Positions 12,064 through 25,476 of a DNA stretch of 64,000 nucleotides are shown piece by piece. The notes under the pieces were generated by a model that saw nothing but the letters and a program-made list of their open reading frames with translations, was not told the origin of the DNA and did not search any database. The translations under genes and the position numbers were made by a program. Every line of letters begins with the position of its first letter. Positions within the stretch are counted from its first letter, which is position 1. This stretch comes from Anthoceros angustus (lineage: Eukaryota; Plantae; Anthocerotophyta), in NCBI GenBank assembly GCA_010909165.1, contig VJWM01000187.1, positions 1-64,000 on the forward strand, read 5' to 3'.

Positions 12064-15000
12064 ATGGCGCTCAGGCCGCCCATCGGGCACACTAGGATAG
12101 ACCAGATGGTGCCGTTAGGAACGCTGCTCAGCCGGGAGGTGAAGAATGAGAAGGTGGAGCGGCCAATTTTGCGCTGGGGGCAGGCCGGGCAGCCGAAGAA
12201 AGGGGAAGATTTCGCCTTCATCAAGGAGGACTGTCAGAGAATCCCCGGGGACGGGTCTTCTACGTTTGGGGTTTTTGCGGTACGGGGTCTGGGATTCTGG
12301 GGATCGCTCTGGTGTATGGTTGCACGTATTGGGTTGGAAGCTCAGTCTGAGGGGTTGACGAGGTTGCGGGTCACCTGACTTGGGTTTTGCGAGCTGGGTT
12401 ATTGGGGCTCTTGTTGAGGCCGTGGACCAGGCAGCTTGCGGTCCTGGGTGCTGTGCTCAAATTGGGGTGTTAGAAGCAGTTTCGATGGTTGGAGGACTTG
12501 TTGTGGGTTGAAGTGGACGTTCATTGCGGGATTTGTTGGTTTAGGCTTTAAGGAGGGCCTCGCTCCGGAGCAGATTTAGGGGGGATGTGTAACGGTCAGG
12601 GTGGTGTGGATGCAGATATTCGATGGGCATAATGGGGCCGCTGCTGCGATTTATGCGAAGGAGAATTTGCTAAACGATGTGATCAGCGCCATTCAGCCTG
12701 GATTGAGCAGGGAGGAATGGCTGGCAGCACTTCCTCGGGCGCTGGTTGCTGGGTTTGTGAAGACGGACAAGGAGTTTCAAACTAGAGGTGGCTTTTCCAA
12801 CTTTGATGTCTGGCTTTGCTGTGTCGCTTTCTAGCACATCAACATCATGGTTGGTGGCGGTCTTGTCTCACTGGCATGTTGTCATTTTCAGAGCAATCGT
12901 CAGGAACGACTGTCACCTTTGTTGTTGTGGACGGGTGGACTGTTACTGTTGCCTCGGTTGGGGATTCCCGCTGCATACTTGTTTCGCCGGAAGGAGCGGT
13001 CACTTGCCTTACAGTTGACCACAGACTAGAAGTGAACGCCGAAGAGTTGAGCCTCGCTCCCTTCCCATGTACATGCATGTGGATCATGTTTGTTTGTTGA
13101 TGGGCAGGTTGGGTTGTGAGTGATCTACTCGACAAGTGGCTCGGGTTTTGCTGACTGAAGGGCATGCTACTGATGCATACGCTCTTGCAGGCGAGAGCGT
13201 GTAACAGCGAGTGGTGGTGAAGTCGGGAGGCTAAGTACAGTTGGTGGCGCGGAGGTAGTCATTGCCTTAGGCCGTAGCATGGAATATCCCGTTGGAAATT
13301 GTACTGCCTCCACCCTTTGCTAATAGGTGAAATTGGTTCACAGATTGGTCCGTTGAGGTGCTGGCCTGGGGGTCTTTGCCTCTCCAGATCGATTGGTGAC
13401 ATGGATGTTGGGGAGTTCATTGTACCTATCCCTCATGTTAAGCAGATTAAGGTAATTGACTTAGGTTTCTTGGTGAGAGCTATTTTACTTCAGCCGAATT
13501 TCACCGATCTATCATGGCTCATCTATGTTCTCGTTGCACTTTCAGCTCTCAAAAGCGGGAGGAAGGCTAATCATTGCCTCAGACGGCGTGTGGGATGCTT
13601 TGCCATCTGAGAAGGGTGCAAAGTGCTGTAAAGGTCTGACTCCGGATGTAGCAGCAAAGCATGTGGTGAAGGTAAGTATCTTGTTTTCAATTTACTCAAA
13701 TGTGTGCAAACTTTCTTCTTTGTCAGGCATTAACAAGGGTTTGCACTTTTAATTTGCAGGAAGCACTGCGGACTCGTGGGTTGCGGGATGATACAACTTG
13801 TGTTGTTGTTGACATAGAACCTCCATCCAGGTCATCGGTACCAAAACCAAAGAAAAAGACAGGTTTCTTCAAGTTGCTCTTTGGTGGAAGATCACGGAAC
13901 TCGAGCACAAGAGCGTCTGAAAGATCAGCTGAAGTTGGCACTGTGGAGGAACTTTTTGAAGAGGGCTCTGCGATGCTTGCAGAAAGGTGAGTGTTCTTCA
14001 GGAGTAAGTGGTTGGAATGCCTGAATATTTTCGCTTTGCATGAGTGTGATTATTTTTGTTTAAGATGTAGCATGTCTGTCCTGTATATCAGTTCCTAGTC
14101 ATGTCTCAGACTACTTTGCCTGGACACGAGGGATAACTCAAGGAAATACTCTATGCTGACATAGGAATGGAAGGCAGTTTGTCAGAACTGCTCAGCTTGC
14201 CAAGTTGTTGTCTTGATGAGCTGAAAAGTTTGGCTAGCATTTGAGGTAGCGTCTGAAGCTGCATGACCTTCTTAGTTGGTACAAGACTGCCCTTGTCATT
14301 CAGGTTGACACTCCAAGGATATGTGTTTTCAGTGAGCAGCGTACTCAGATGAGGAAGAAGGACGTGTTGCCATTTTTTGGGGGGAATGGTTTACGTTTCA
14401 CTGGCAGATATGTGTCTCTTTCGGACCCGGTGTTTGAAGATTGCCTAGATCACGAATTGAGCTCTCTAATACCCAAACTGGGCTGCAGCAACAAAGCCTT
14501 GGCTTCGGTCTGAGGCACTCCTGTAACCTTCGGGAAAGGTTATTGTGCGTGCCCATGCTTCTCCTCAGGTGCTTAGGTGTAGTTTTCAGCGTTGACTTGC
14601 CACAGTGGCAACCTCAGGTCTGAAGGCAATTGCTGGTACTCTTGATTTGTGTGCATAGTCCCATTTCTGGAACACCGCTTTATTCAGTTTGAGTGTCTCT
14701 CTCTGCACAAAGGGTTCCCATAGCAAGGCGTTTATCATCCTGTACTCCTGTCTGGGCATCAGGTGTGGGTTTTCAGTAGCAGTTCAATGTAAGCAGGAAA
14801 ATGTGGATGTGTAGTTTCTTATTGTGAAACTTATCATATTAGCAACGTGTATGGGGTGATTCTCTGCTGGATGAGATGTATGTAATTTGTTTCTGGTCGT
14901 TCTGATTGTGTTCTTGTGCAACTGTGCATGTGCCAAGTGCTATCCTGTATCCTACAGTAATGCCTTATGTACTTCGTTTCTTGTCTGCTTGCAGGTTAGG

Positions 15001-15223
15001 TGCAGATGCTTCAGTGCATGGTGTCTCTGGATTGTTCGTGTGTGCTATTTGTCAAATAGATTTGTCCCCTGATGAAGGGATCTCAGTTCATGCTGGTTCA
15101 TTCTTTTCAACGAGCGTGAAGCCATGGGAGGGACCGTTTTTATGTTCAAGCTGTAAAGAGAAAAAAGATGCGATGGAGGGAAAACGGCCAACACTTGGAA
15201 ATCGGATGGATAGGATGTGGTAA
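12064..15223 (+). CDS. Protein phosphatase 2C (plant clade with C-terminal CxxC...CxxC motif), multi-exon
   Basis: Spliced exons give KKGED, FA|IFDGHNG, SGTTVT, VASVGDSRC, DHRL, GPLRCWPGGLCLSRSIGDMD, IIASDGVWD, GLRDDTT and CAICQ...PWEGPFLCSSC. GT-AG introns (e.g. 12280-12615). The final TAA overlaps a possible GTAAGT donor, so the 3' end may extend. Confidence 0.92.
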
Positions 15224-16699
15224 GTCACCTCTTCTTCCAGGTTGTTGGTGTTCAAGGTCAAGCATGGTCAGCATTAGCTGAAGGATGTCAGCTCATTGCA
15301 AAGACAAATGTTTTCCTCCTCGTTTATTGTCAGCAGCAAGCTTGCCGCGCTCTCATTTTGTACATGGCATAGATTCTTTGCAAGCAAGTATCGTCTTCCC
15401 TCTCTCACTAGTTGTAGCTTGGGGACTAGATTTCGATTAAGAACGGTGCACGTAGTTGTGTCTCTATTTGAGGAGGCTTCCTTTTGCAATTGTGTGATCT
15501 GTAAGGACGAGGAAATTATTTTGAGCCAATTGATTTGGTGGGTTTTCTTTTCATCCAAATAGTTGGCATGCTCTGCCCATCTGATTAGACCAAGAGTTTC
15601 CTTCTGCTCTCAGTAAATGGGTTAGATGATCTTCAGTTAATGTTTCCTATTGTGATTTGTCTTTGAATCCATTGTCACAAGTCAGGCTAGTTGGTTAGAG
15701 GAAGAATTGTGAGGACCTTGTGACACATGTCTTGCTGACGTTTTCTGTCAAGTCCAAGTCAGTCCTGAGCAATGCTTTATGGTGATTTCCTGAGGTTTTG
15801 AGTGCATCGCATCTGTTGACTGACTAACAGGGGCCTTGCCTACTTGGCATCCATGAAGCGAAAATCGGATCCACTCTGATGTGGGTGTAGTTTGTGGTAT
15901 TGTACATCTATCCTGGCCGAACTCCTAAGCTGATGCTTATGGAACCAACATTCTTGGGGTAGCGCAGGGAATCCCAGGGTTTGTCAAAGACTTGATTGCA
16001 GAAAGTTTGTCGTTCAAAGACATGAACTTTTTGCCTTGTGCAGTATTGTGAAGTTGTACTCAATACCATGTATCTCACACCGAAGTTTGTCTAGGTAGGT
16101 AAACTGAGTCTGAGTCTGCTCTCTGTGTAGTATACCGGCATTCAGTTATGTGGGTTGTCACTCTTGCTAGAAGCCCCTGGTTCGTGGTGGTTCACACACT
16201 CATGAACCTGGACAGTGTACCTAGCCCTCTGGGCCCGTGAGCTTATTTATGAAAAGCGTGAATAGCCTGCTCTGAGTCCTGTTGTTCCGGGTCGTGATTC
16301 CCTTATCCAAAAGTCTAGCACCAGCAGATAGCCGTGCACTACTGTAAACTCCTTTGCACCTGCCCTGAAGCGGTTCCTGTGGAAAATGCTTAGAATAGTG
16401 TACATGAACCTTCTTGCATGGCCTGTTGCTTCCGGGTGGACCGCTCAGGTTGTATGTGAGAACGATGACGTTGATATTCTTGGCTGGCTCTGATGATGCG
16501 TGTATCTCTCTTTCAAGGTTTTCTTATCTGTCTGCAAACATACCTGGCTGCCACTTGAACTTGGATTGTTGATAAACAAAAGATATATGATGAAGGAAAA
16601 GACTCGATTAAAGCAAAACTTTCTGGTATTCAGAGGCCACTTGTTTGATACTTTTATTATGATATTGATGAATGTCGTATTTAATGAATGTCGTATCTG

Positions 16700-16880
16700 G
16701 TGTTTTGAGTGCCTTGTGTGGTGCTGAGTTTCTTTGACTACCTATCAACTTGGATTGGTAATATAGTGTTTTGAGTGGCTTGTGCCGTGCTGATTTTCTT
16801 TAACTACTATATCAACTTGGATTGGTGACGTGGTGTTTTGAGTGGCTTGTGCTGTGCGGACTAGGTATTAACATGGATTG
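16700..16880. repeat. Degenerate tandem repeat, ~66-bp unit, ~2.7 copies
   Basis: GTGTTTTGAGTG at 16700, 16766 and 16833; TATCAACTTGGATTGGT repeated. Confidence 0.8.
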
Positions 16881-17972
16881 ATAATTGTGATTCATTTATA
16901 TATATTAATTATATTATATTATATTATATTTATAATATACGAGACCTAATACACTGAAAAAGTTGTTGCGGGAAGACAAAGTTTGTGACTGCAGCTCATG
17001 GGGTTGATTTTAGTTGAGAGTTTTCGTGTGTCCTAGTGGTATGAACAAAGCTGCTCTGTAAGCATGCTCCGCGAAAGAGCAAGTTGGAGATTAGGTTGTT
17101 TCTTGGTTTATGTGGCTGGAATTTTATAACCAGCTGCGAGGTTGAACGCAGCCGAATCCCGAATCCCGAATCGGTACCCTTTCCGATGATACCTACCCGC
17201 TGCACTAACAAGGTGATCAATTGTACGTTGCTACTGTGTTCAACGCTAGAACATCCAGAGAATATCATGGACATCAGGTCTCGGCATTGGTGGGCACTCA
17301 GGCCCGGCTCGCTTTGCATTGACCATGCGAAAACTAGGACGCCAACAACAGACTTTCGTCAAGATGGTTGAGTCTGCCAGCGGGAAAGTTTCAGTAGACT
17401 TGCGAAAAAATATAGAATGAGCGGTCTTCATGCCACTGGAAAGGCCAAATTTACTGTCAACCAAGGAGCTGCTCTTTTTCCTCGCCTCGCTAGCAGCTCG
17501 GAAAGACTTTGACATGTTAAGAACTAGAAATGTGAAGCTCGCAATTGAAATGCTGCCAACTGGCCCTGCTAGCCAGAGTATTTTTTTCCTCAATAGGCAA
17601 GGAGGACTTCAGGTTGCCCAACCAAGAGAGAGCAGCTCACTTCCACCAGAACCAGGATTGGCACAACCGTCAGCAGGCAAGCAACACCAAGAGGCAGCAG
17701 TCCAGTCTGGAGGCGCTGTCAAAGCTCCAGCAGCCCGTTCGGCGAGGCCAAGTCCCACACGTCTCTTCCACCCGCGCTATCCCTACACCGTCAAGCAGAC
17801 GGCCCAGGGCCAGGATCACGACAGGCAAGTGAGTGACCACTGCTCCACCATCCCCTCTGCAGAGTGTGCGCTGCCACATCCCATCCGCAGCAACACGAAT
17901 CAAGAATCACGACTCACGAATCACGCACATCCCAAACCCTAATTCACGGACGCGCCTCGTGGCGTTCCGGCT

Positions 17973-18251
17973 TCACTGCAGCCTGTCCGGCAGCGGCTCT
18001 CCGGCCGGAATCTGCCACTTCTCCCTGAGCCTACGCACAGCGGCCTCCTTGCTGGGCCTGGCGTTCCCGCATGAACCTTTGAAACGCTTCCCGCGGCGCG
18101 TCTTCTTGTCCCCTTTCCCGCACCACATCACATTTCCATCGCCATTTCCCGCCAGCCCCGCCGTCCACGCCCCGCTCACGTTCCACGCCACGGCCAACCG
18201 AGCCAAAGCTCCTGCAGCCAACCCCCGCGCTGCCGCTGCCGCCACTGCCAT
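17973..18251 (-). CDS. Small ribosomal subunit protein bTHX (S31/Thx family), probably mitochondrial type, intronless, with N-terminal transit peptide
   Basis: MAVAAAAARGLAA... presequence, then CGKGDKKTRRGKRFKGSCGNARPSK (Thx signature) and a C-terminal KWQIP..PLP typical of the plant mitochondrial paralog. Confidence 0.85.
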   Translation of the reverse strand: MAVAAAAARGLAAGALARLAVAWNVSGAWTAGLAGNGDGNVMWCGKGDKKTRRGKRFKGSCGNARPSKEAAVRRLREKWQIPAGEPLPDRLQ

Positions 18252-18362
18252 CGCCGCCCTCCTTCCACTTCTGCCACACCACACCCACGACCGCTTGCGC
18301 GGCCTGAAGGTTTTTTTCACAAGAAAGAGGAACTGAATAGTCGTTGAAATTATGAATAAACT

Positions 18363-18411
18363 GGTTTCCATCTTGCCAACCCGGTTTCCATCTTGCCAAC
18401 CCGGTTTCCAT
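18363..18411. repeat. 20-bp tandem repeat x2.5 upstream of bTHX
   Basis: GGTTTCCATCTTGCCAACCC repeated. Confidence 0.9.
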
Positions 18412-19123
18412 ATTCCTTGGTTTCAGTCTCCAATAGTGAGTGATCATACCATAAAGTATATACATACTTCGCCCATCGAACGAGGAGCCACGAAGCCACC
18501 CCGAGCAAAAAGGAACTCATAAGAGCAATCTTGTAGAAAAAAACTGCAAGCAAGGTACCTATTTGGCCCCAATAAAACCCCTTTTGGTACGCAATGAGAA
18601 GCCAAAATAGCTTGCGATTTACTAGTAGTACTTAAAAGAAATTGCTACGATTATTTAGATGTATATGTATAAAATATATATACAAAAAAGTTTATAAAAG
18701 ATATGCAAGATTTATATTAATAGTTTTATTCTTTGAGCAAAGAACATTGAAGACTCTAAAAACTTTGAAGCTAGCCTTGGATGGAACTGTGGATGAAGTA
18801 CACGTGCGCGTCTAGAGGGCAACATTGACTCCTGTCCCGCCGTCCGTGTATGCTATTTAGGGAGCGTGACGTGTACGCGGTTTGGGCGTTTCACTCGTTT
18901 TGGGTAAGACCCGCACCCGCTGGCGCGTGGCCGCCACACTCCGTGGCCACGTCGGACGGCGCTCTCATCCGCCCATGACCGCACCCCGAGTTCCAACCCA
19001 GGACCCAGGGAACGCGAATATGGGCCACCCAATTTCCCCAAAGATGGACACCTGGCCGCGTTCCCCCGCCACTCTCTCGCCGCCACCTCCGTCCCGTCGC
19101 CCCTGGACATCCTCTCACCCCGA

Positions 19124-19184
19124 CATGCTCTCTCATGGCCCGGCCATGCTCTCTCATCGCCCGGCCATGCTCTCTCATGGCCCG
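19124..19184. repeat. 21-bp tandem repeat x3 in bTHX-CBP60 intergenic region
   Basis: CATGCTCTCTCAT(G/C)GCCCGGC repeated. Confidence 0.9.
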
Positions 19185-20230
19185 CCGTCCGCGGATGGGC
19201 TCACCACACGAAAATACGTGTACTTGTTCGATACGCCTGAAAGACAAATATGACATGATGTGCGCAAAGACGAGAGACGGGGAGCAGTCCGGCCAAGAGC
19301 CAAGCTGGTGTGAAAGTGAGGGGTAGGTGGGTTTAGGAGAAGAAGGTTTAGGAAGGGCGTTGTTTGCGGGGCACGGAAACGGAAGCGGCAGCCAGTCCGC
19401 CTCGGAAGCATCTAGATATTATTGAGCCAGAGACAGACAGCAAGGTGGGCCGCGGGTGGGCCCGGGGCCGGTGACTGAGTAGTGAGAGGGGGCGGCATCA
19501 TGTATCCCACCCCGGGCCCTCTCCCTCTCCCTCTCCCCTAATGCTCCCTCTGCTTTTGGCCTTGTCCAGTTCACGACTAGACTCGGAGTCGGACGCGAAG
19601 GTCGCGCGCAGCATCGCAGGCAGCTGCTGCATGCCGTGGTGCCCCGGAGCTGCCCCTCGAACTGCGAGCACGTGCAGCGGCCGCCCCCCGGCGCCTGCCT
19701 CTGCCCCTGCCGCTGCCTCTGCCTCTGCCGCTGGCCTCCTCGCTCGCATCTTCCCGACCCGCGTCTTGCTTCCGTCTGCGTGTTGACGCGCATCTCGCCG
19801 CCCGCCTGGGGTTTGAACCGGGGAGCTTCGGGGAAGGACGCGGGCGAATTCGGTGCCTCCTGCTGTGGGCCTCTCCGCTCCCGCCATGTGCGCTCTGTTG
19901 CTTGGAGCTTCCACCGCAACGCGAGGGCAAGGCATGTGATCTGCAAGGAAGCAAGGAGGAAGAGGAGGAAGCAGGCAAGGTGAACGAGGATCACGTTGCC
20001 TTGACCCAGCCGCCGTAGCCTGTACGTTGTCGGGCCGGAAGGAGAGGGGAGGAGGGGAATCTGCTGAACGCGCCGGGATTCAAGAGCCCCGGAGGATACC
20101 GGACTCGGATCCGTTAGAGGATTTGCGCTAGGGACCTTCCTGGCGAGAGTCCCATGCCCTGCCTCGCACAGGAGCTGCTTCCGGCCACTGCCTGCCTTCG
20201 TAGCACGGTGGTGCACCACCAGACCTGGCC

Positions 20231-23178
20231 ATGAAACTGGGAATGGCAAGAGAGAAACGGCCCTTGGAGCAGGAGACAGCCAAGGAGAGCTTGCCTGAAG
20301 AGAAGCGTCCTCGTCCTGCGCTTGCCAGGTGCGCCCGGCTCCCCTTCGTGGATTCTCACCGCCCGCGCTGTCGCGCATTTTTCCCTGGCTGCTGTAGATT
20401 TGCCGCTTCTTGGACGAGGGGCGTTGGGGGATGCGGCAGGGGTGTGGGACGGCGGGCTGACCTTGCTTTCTGACCGCTTGTGTGGCTGTGTTGGTCGTGG
20501 AGCAGCGTGATTGTCGAAGCTGTGAAATTGGATAGTCTTCAGAAGTTGTGCTCGACTTTGGAGCCACTGCTGCGGCGAGTGGTACGCGTTTTGTGAGTTA
20601 AGTTGTGGTTTTTGGCCGGGTCTTGAAGTGGCGGTGCCTCACTGCGGCCTGCCGCTGGTGTGTAGGTTGGAGAGGAAGTCGAACGGGCTTTGGCGAAGTT
20701 GGCTCCTGCTCGGATTGGGGGCAGGTATGTGGCGTGACCTCACGGCTGTGGTGTCGGGGCTGTTTCTGTTACCCTGGCGTGGTGGATGCGTTTGGCTGAG
20801 GCTTTGTTGCGCTTGCAGGACGTCGCCGAAGCGCATACAGGGGCCTGATGCCAAGAGCTTTCGGCTTCAGTTCAGGAACCGGTTGGCGCTCCCCTTGTTC
20901 ACAGGGAGCAAAGTTGAAGGCGAGCAGGGTTCGGCCATCCATGTCGTGCTGCAGGATGCAGCGACCGGGCAGGTGGTTACTAGTGGCCCCGAGTCGGCTG
21001 CGAAGCTGGAGGTCATAGTTCTTGAAGGGGACTTTTCTGCGGACGATGAGGATGACTGGACGCAGGAGGACTTCGAGACCCATGAGGTCCGTGAGCGGGA
21101 GGGCAAGAGGCCACTCCTGACAGGAGACCTCACTGTGACTCTGAAGGAGGGAGTGGGGACCCTCGGGGAGCTCACCTTCACGGACAACTCCAGCTGGATA
21201 CGGAGCCGGAAGTTCAGGCTCGGAGTTAAGATATCTTCTGGCTACTGCGAGGGTGTTCGCATTCGTGAGGCGAAGACTGAGGCTTTTACTGTGAAAGACC
21301 ATCGTGGGGAACGTAAGTCCCTCGCGTTTGTACATTTTGTCCGTGCCCCGTTCGGCAGTTTGCGAACGTGGCTTCAGAATGTAACGCCTGTCGCTGTATT
21401 TTCTCGTACATGTGGCGCTCGTTCCTTTTGTTTCGAGCTGTGGGGTGAATGCTAAGTGCCTGTTGTTGTTTATGTTCTACAGTGTACAAGAAGCATTATC
21501 CCCCTGCCTTGAATGACGAGGTTTGGCGTTTGGATAAGATTGGGAAGGATGGAGCCTTCCATAAAAGGCTCAATCTAGCTGGGATTCAGACTGTCGAAGA
21601 CTTTCTGCGCCTGGTGGTCATGGATCCACAGAAGCTGCGGAATGTGAGACTCGTTCATTTTCCTGGGCTAAGTTGCTGCAGCTTTGTTAAGCCCATCAGT
21701 ATCTGAACTGCGCCGTTGGAGTTGTGCAGACTCTCGGAAATGGTATGTCCAACAAGATGTGGGACGGGACTGTTGAACATGCCAAGACCTGTGTGCTGAG
21801 CGGAAAGCTGCATGTTTATTATGCTGACGAGAAGCAAAATATTGGAGTCATATTCAACAATATCTTTCAGCTTATGGGCTTAATTGCGGATGGCCAATAT
21901 ATGTCCGTGGATTCCCTCTCTGACAGTGAAAAGGTTCGCTCAGGACTCGGGTATCAATTGCAATTGTATGTTTAGGTCGCAAATGGGCAGCTTTCTGACT
22001 TGAATGTGCTGTGTGATTCAGGTTTATGTGGACAAGCTAGTGAAGGTCGCCTATGAGAACTGGGAGAATGTGGTTGAGTATGATGGTGAGGCGCTTATTG
22101 GTGTGAAGCCCAACAAGTTGAAGGGCATCAATACACATACTGAGGAACCTCTGAATGCATCTCGCAATTCTCAGCCTTCTCAACCAATGAACCAGGGCGC
22201 TAACCAACAAGCAGCAGTTTCACAAACAGTTCCTGTACAGAGGGCCAATACTGTTCCTTCTGCTGCTGCAAGCGGGACTGGTATTACTCTTCATCCGCCC
22301 AGAAATAAGTTGCTCTGGGGTGTGGCTACATTTTGAAGTTGTGCCCCATGTAGGGTACCGCTCTGTCCGCATCTTCCAGGCAGTCTTGTTTCAATTGATT
22401 GCTAGTGCCCAGTGTTACATTAGGTGAATTTATTGCTGGAATATTGCTTTGGGGTGTGTCTGACGAGTCCTCCAATCTTCCTTTGGTGTGTGTAGGAATG
22501 ACACCTGGTCAGATGTATGTGTCTGATCAGCAGAAGCTCATGGCCCATAAGTATCAGGGCCAGGGTCAGCAGCTTAGGGATGATCAACATCAGATGATGT
22601 TAGGAACCGGCTTGAATATGAACCTAGCTTCTGCAGGTCAGCCTGCAGTGGATATGCATGGCAATGTGACCCTGACCGGACTTGCCTTAGGACATGGACC
22701 TCCACAAAGTGGGATGTCTTCAATGGCATACCCAGCTACGAGCTCAAGTAGTATGCAACCTGGGAGTGTGAACATAGGTGGTGGAGACTGGAATCGATAT
22801 AAGGATATATTGAGACAAGAGAGCTTTCGAGGCAATCAGGTGGATGAGATGATTTTTGAGGAAGATATTCGTGCCAAGAGTTTGGAAATGTTGGATAATG
22901 AAGATATGCACATGCAGATTCAGCAATTGTTGCGAATGTTTAATGGGGGTCAAGGGGATCAAACAAATTTGAGCTATCCTTTACAAGGAGATGAGAATTA
23001 TTCCTTTAGTGGCTTCCCTCCCAACACTCCTGATTCTTTGATGATAGAGAAACCAAGGCCCAATGGCAAGGCAAATGTCGGCTGGCTCAAATTAAAAGCT
23101 GCTTTGCGCTGGGGCATCTTCATTAGGAAGAGGGCAGCCACTAGAAGGGCCCAACTTGAAGAAGTGGATGATGATTAG
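20231..23178 (+). CDS. CBP60: Calmodulin-binding protein 60 (CBP60b/c/d-like transcription factor), multi-exon
   Basis: [83 protein letters not shown]|[25 protein letters not shown], and the C-terminal CaM-binding [21 protein letters not shown]. Confidence 0.96.
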
Positions 23179-25476
23179 TCCTGATGGCCGTAGGCTGGCA
23201 TGTTTGCAGCGATGGGGTTGATGTCCAGCTGTAGGCTTGGTGTCACTATATTGTGCACTTGCGATCAGGTCTACAGCTGACACAACTCACATCGTGACCC
23301 CCACCTTTGAAAGCAAATCTCCGGCTTGACCCACAGGTGCCTTGGGTGTGCACTTCGGATGTTGTTGCACCAGTGATTGCTGTCATCAGATCAGAGATTC
23401 ACAGTTCTAGAGCTGACCGTTTGGTTTAAAGCTGCTCTGATTGGAACGTCTTCTTTTTTTGAATTTTGCTCTGGAGCTTGTCTCTCTCTCAATTGCTAGA
23501 AGGTTGGCACACTGTTATGTATATGTACAGGAATCTTGAAGTCAGTTGGCATGGACACTGTGGACCCAAGAGGATGTCTGTAGCCATGGTCACTATGGTG
23601 GCAAGGTCATTTTGAAGAGTCAGTCTCATGGGATCGCCTTGCGGTGTTGTTGGGTTGTCTCTCTGGTTCTCATTTATGCACCTGCCTTCAGGCTTGTGGA
23701 TCATGTTAGTGTGACCACGATTCCTACTAGAAGAGCATCTCTTTGGAAACTATTGCCATCCATGTCACTTGATCTGGGTACCTTGCACTGAGCCTTGGTA
23801 GTTCAGGTTTGGTGGAGTTGGAAATCACTGAGTCATAGACTGGCAGTTGGTAGCCTGCTCAATTTAGGTAGACATTGTTTTGGAGGGATCCCTGTAAAAT
23901 TGTTGTGATATCACACTTCCTGACACGTGACTCAATTTAATGAAGTGTATCCTCCCTTAATTTCATGGTTGGATGTTGTCACAGACACAAGAGTGTAGTT
24001 TGATGCCTGCTTTTCAGTACTAGCCTCTTGCCTACTTTCGTGCAGATTCAGCATTACTCACTATATCTCTGCTGACAGTGACGAGATCCAAGTCAAAGAC
24101 GTGATGGAGGCGTTAAGTCAATTCCTCGTTCAAATGTAGGAGTTCTAACGTCCGGTATCATTCTGATGCTGTTGATTCCTTGTGGGTTATCCACACCACA
24201 CTGCAGTCGGTTCCCCCCTGGTAACGTGCTGGATTCTTCAGTCCTGTTTTGGCCAGTTTGGTTTTGCATCTTGGATATCCATCAGCAAGCAATTCAGGCG
24301 TGAGGTGTACTGACTGGGGAATGCTGCAGTGGATGAGTTGGTGAGCGTGTGCTCTGACACGAGGGTTGGGACTGTGTTTCTAGGTGGTGCGTAAACTCCC
24401 CATGCTTTTTCAGCTGGGTGGAAATGTGCTAGTGGATGTTGACAATGCTGCTTGCATCTGACACGATGATATGGAGATTTTATAACCTTGAAGCAGTCGC
24501 TTGTGAAGGGTTCTCCATTAGTGTAAGCAAGGAATTTTCTTCAGAGTCCGCAGTTGCTTGAAAGTATCCTAGCCTCCACGGTTGTGTGAAGCAGATAGCC
24601 TGCGGCAACCCACTACCCCTTGCCGACGCAGGAAACAGGCCCTCCAGATTACAACGGATCACTGTCATTTATCTTTTCGAGGTTTCCCAGGTCCTGTGCA
24701 ATTAATTAACTCCACTGTGGAGGCGCAGTAATCGAGTCTGTCCTACAAAGTTAGTACCACTCGACAGTTAGTTGCTCAATTTCCTCTCCTGTAAAATTGC
24801 TGAAGAGCACTCAAATCTCAAATTCGATGTATTATGTTCAATTTTGACGGCGTGCACTCGTCGCTCGGTGTCTTATGGCTCACCTACCATCGTAGTATCA
24901 GCGTGGACCTTCCCAAAACAAATATCGAATTGATCTCGAAGCTTGCACTATCCATGAACGATTCAGACACAGCCAAAGCTAGCTTTGCTGAATCTGCGCA
25001 CCCACCTACTCTGCGGTGCAAGGCCTACACAATGTAAGCATGATATGGGCTCCGGTTCTCCAGGTCGAGTAAGGATGTTGGGAAGGCGCATGTGCGATTT
25101 GTAGATTCACGCAACCGAAGTCATAGATGATGTGCGTAATGCTGGAGCAATCGCTCCCTCAACTAAGGGCTTGTGATTTTAACTCTTACATCGACATGGA
25201 TTGGGTGGTACATGGGTGTACCACTGTACAAAAGGTAGCAACTTGCAACAGAATTCGATACGTGAACAAGTGTTAGAGCCTTCCTGGAGGCACACGTGGG
25301 TCCCCAAGCTTCCTGTTGAAGCAGCCCGCTGTTTGAAGGCGACTTTGTCTCCTCCCCGGGCTCCCCCTGTATACACTATGAGGCAACATATGCAATCCTC
25401 ACTCGGATTGAAGCATTCAAGCTGGAGCAGTCTATGAGGAGTTGAAGAGCAGCTGGATGTTTGGGATTATTTCTGA

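Noticed and set aside
11063-12090. Several long overlapping ORFs upstream of PP2C
   Set aside because: GC-rich 5' UTR/intron with (CTCGT)n repeats; open in multiple frames with no recognisable domain.
15030-15165. Zinc-finger-like tail on PP2C
   Set aside because: Known characteristic of this plant PP2C clade.
15600-16500. Scattered C/D-box-like words (TGATGA, CTGA) downstream of PP2C
   Set aside because: No terminal stems or recognisable rRNA-antisense elements; cannot support snoRNA calls without an Rfam scan.
19419-20567. 382-aa minus-strand ORF
   Set aside because: Antisense to the GC-rich CBP60 leader and first exons; low-complexity translation driven by microsatellites.
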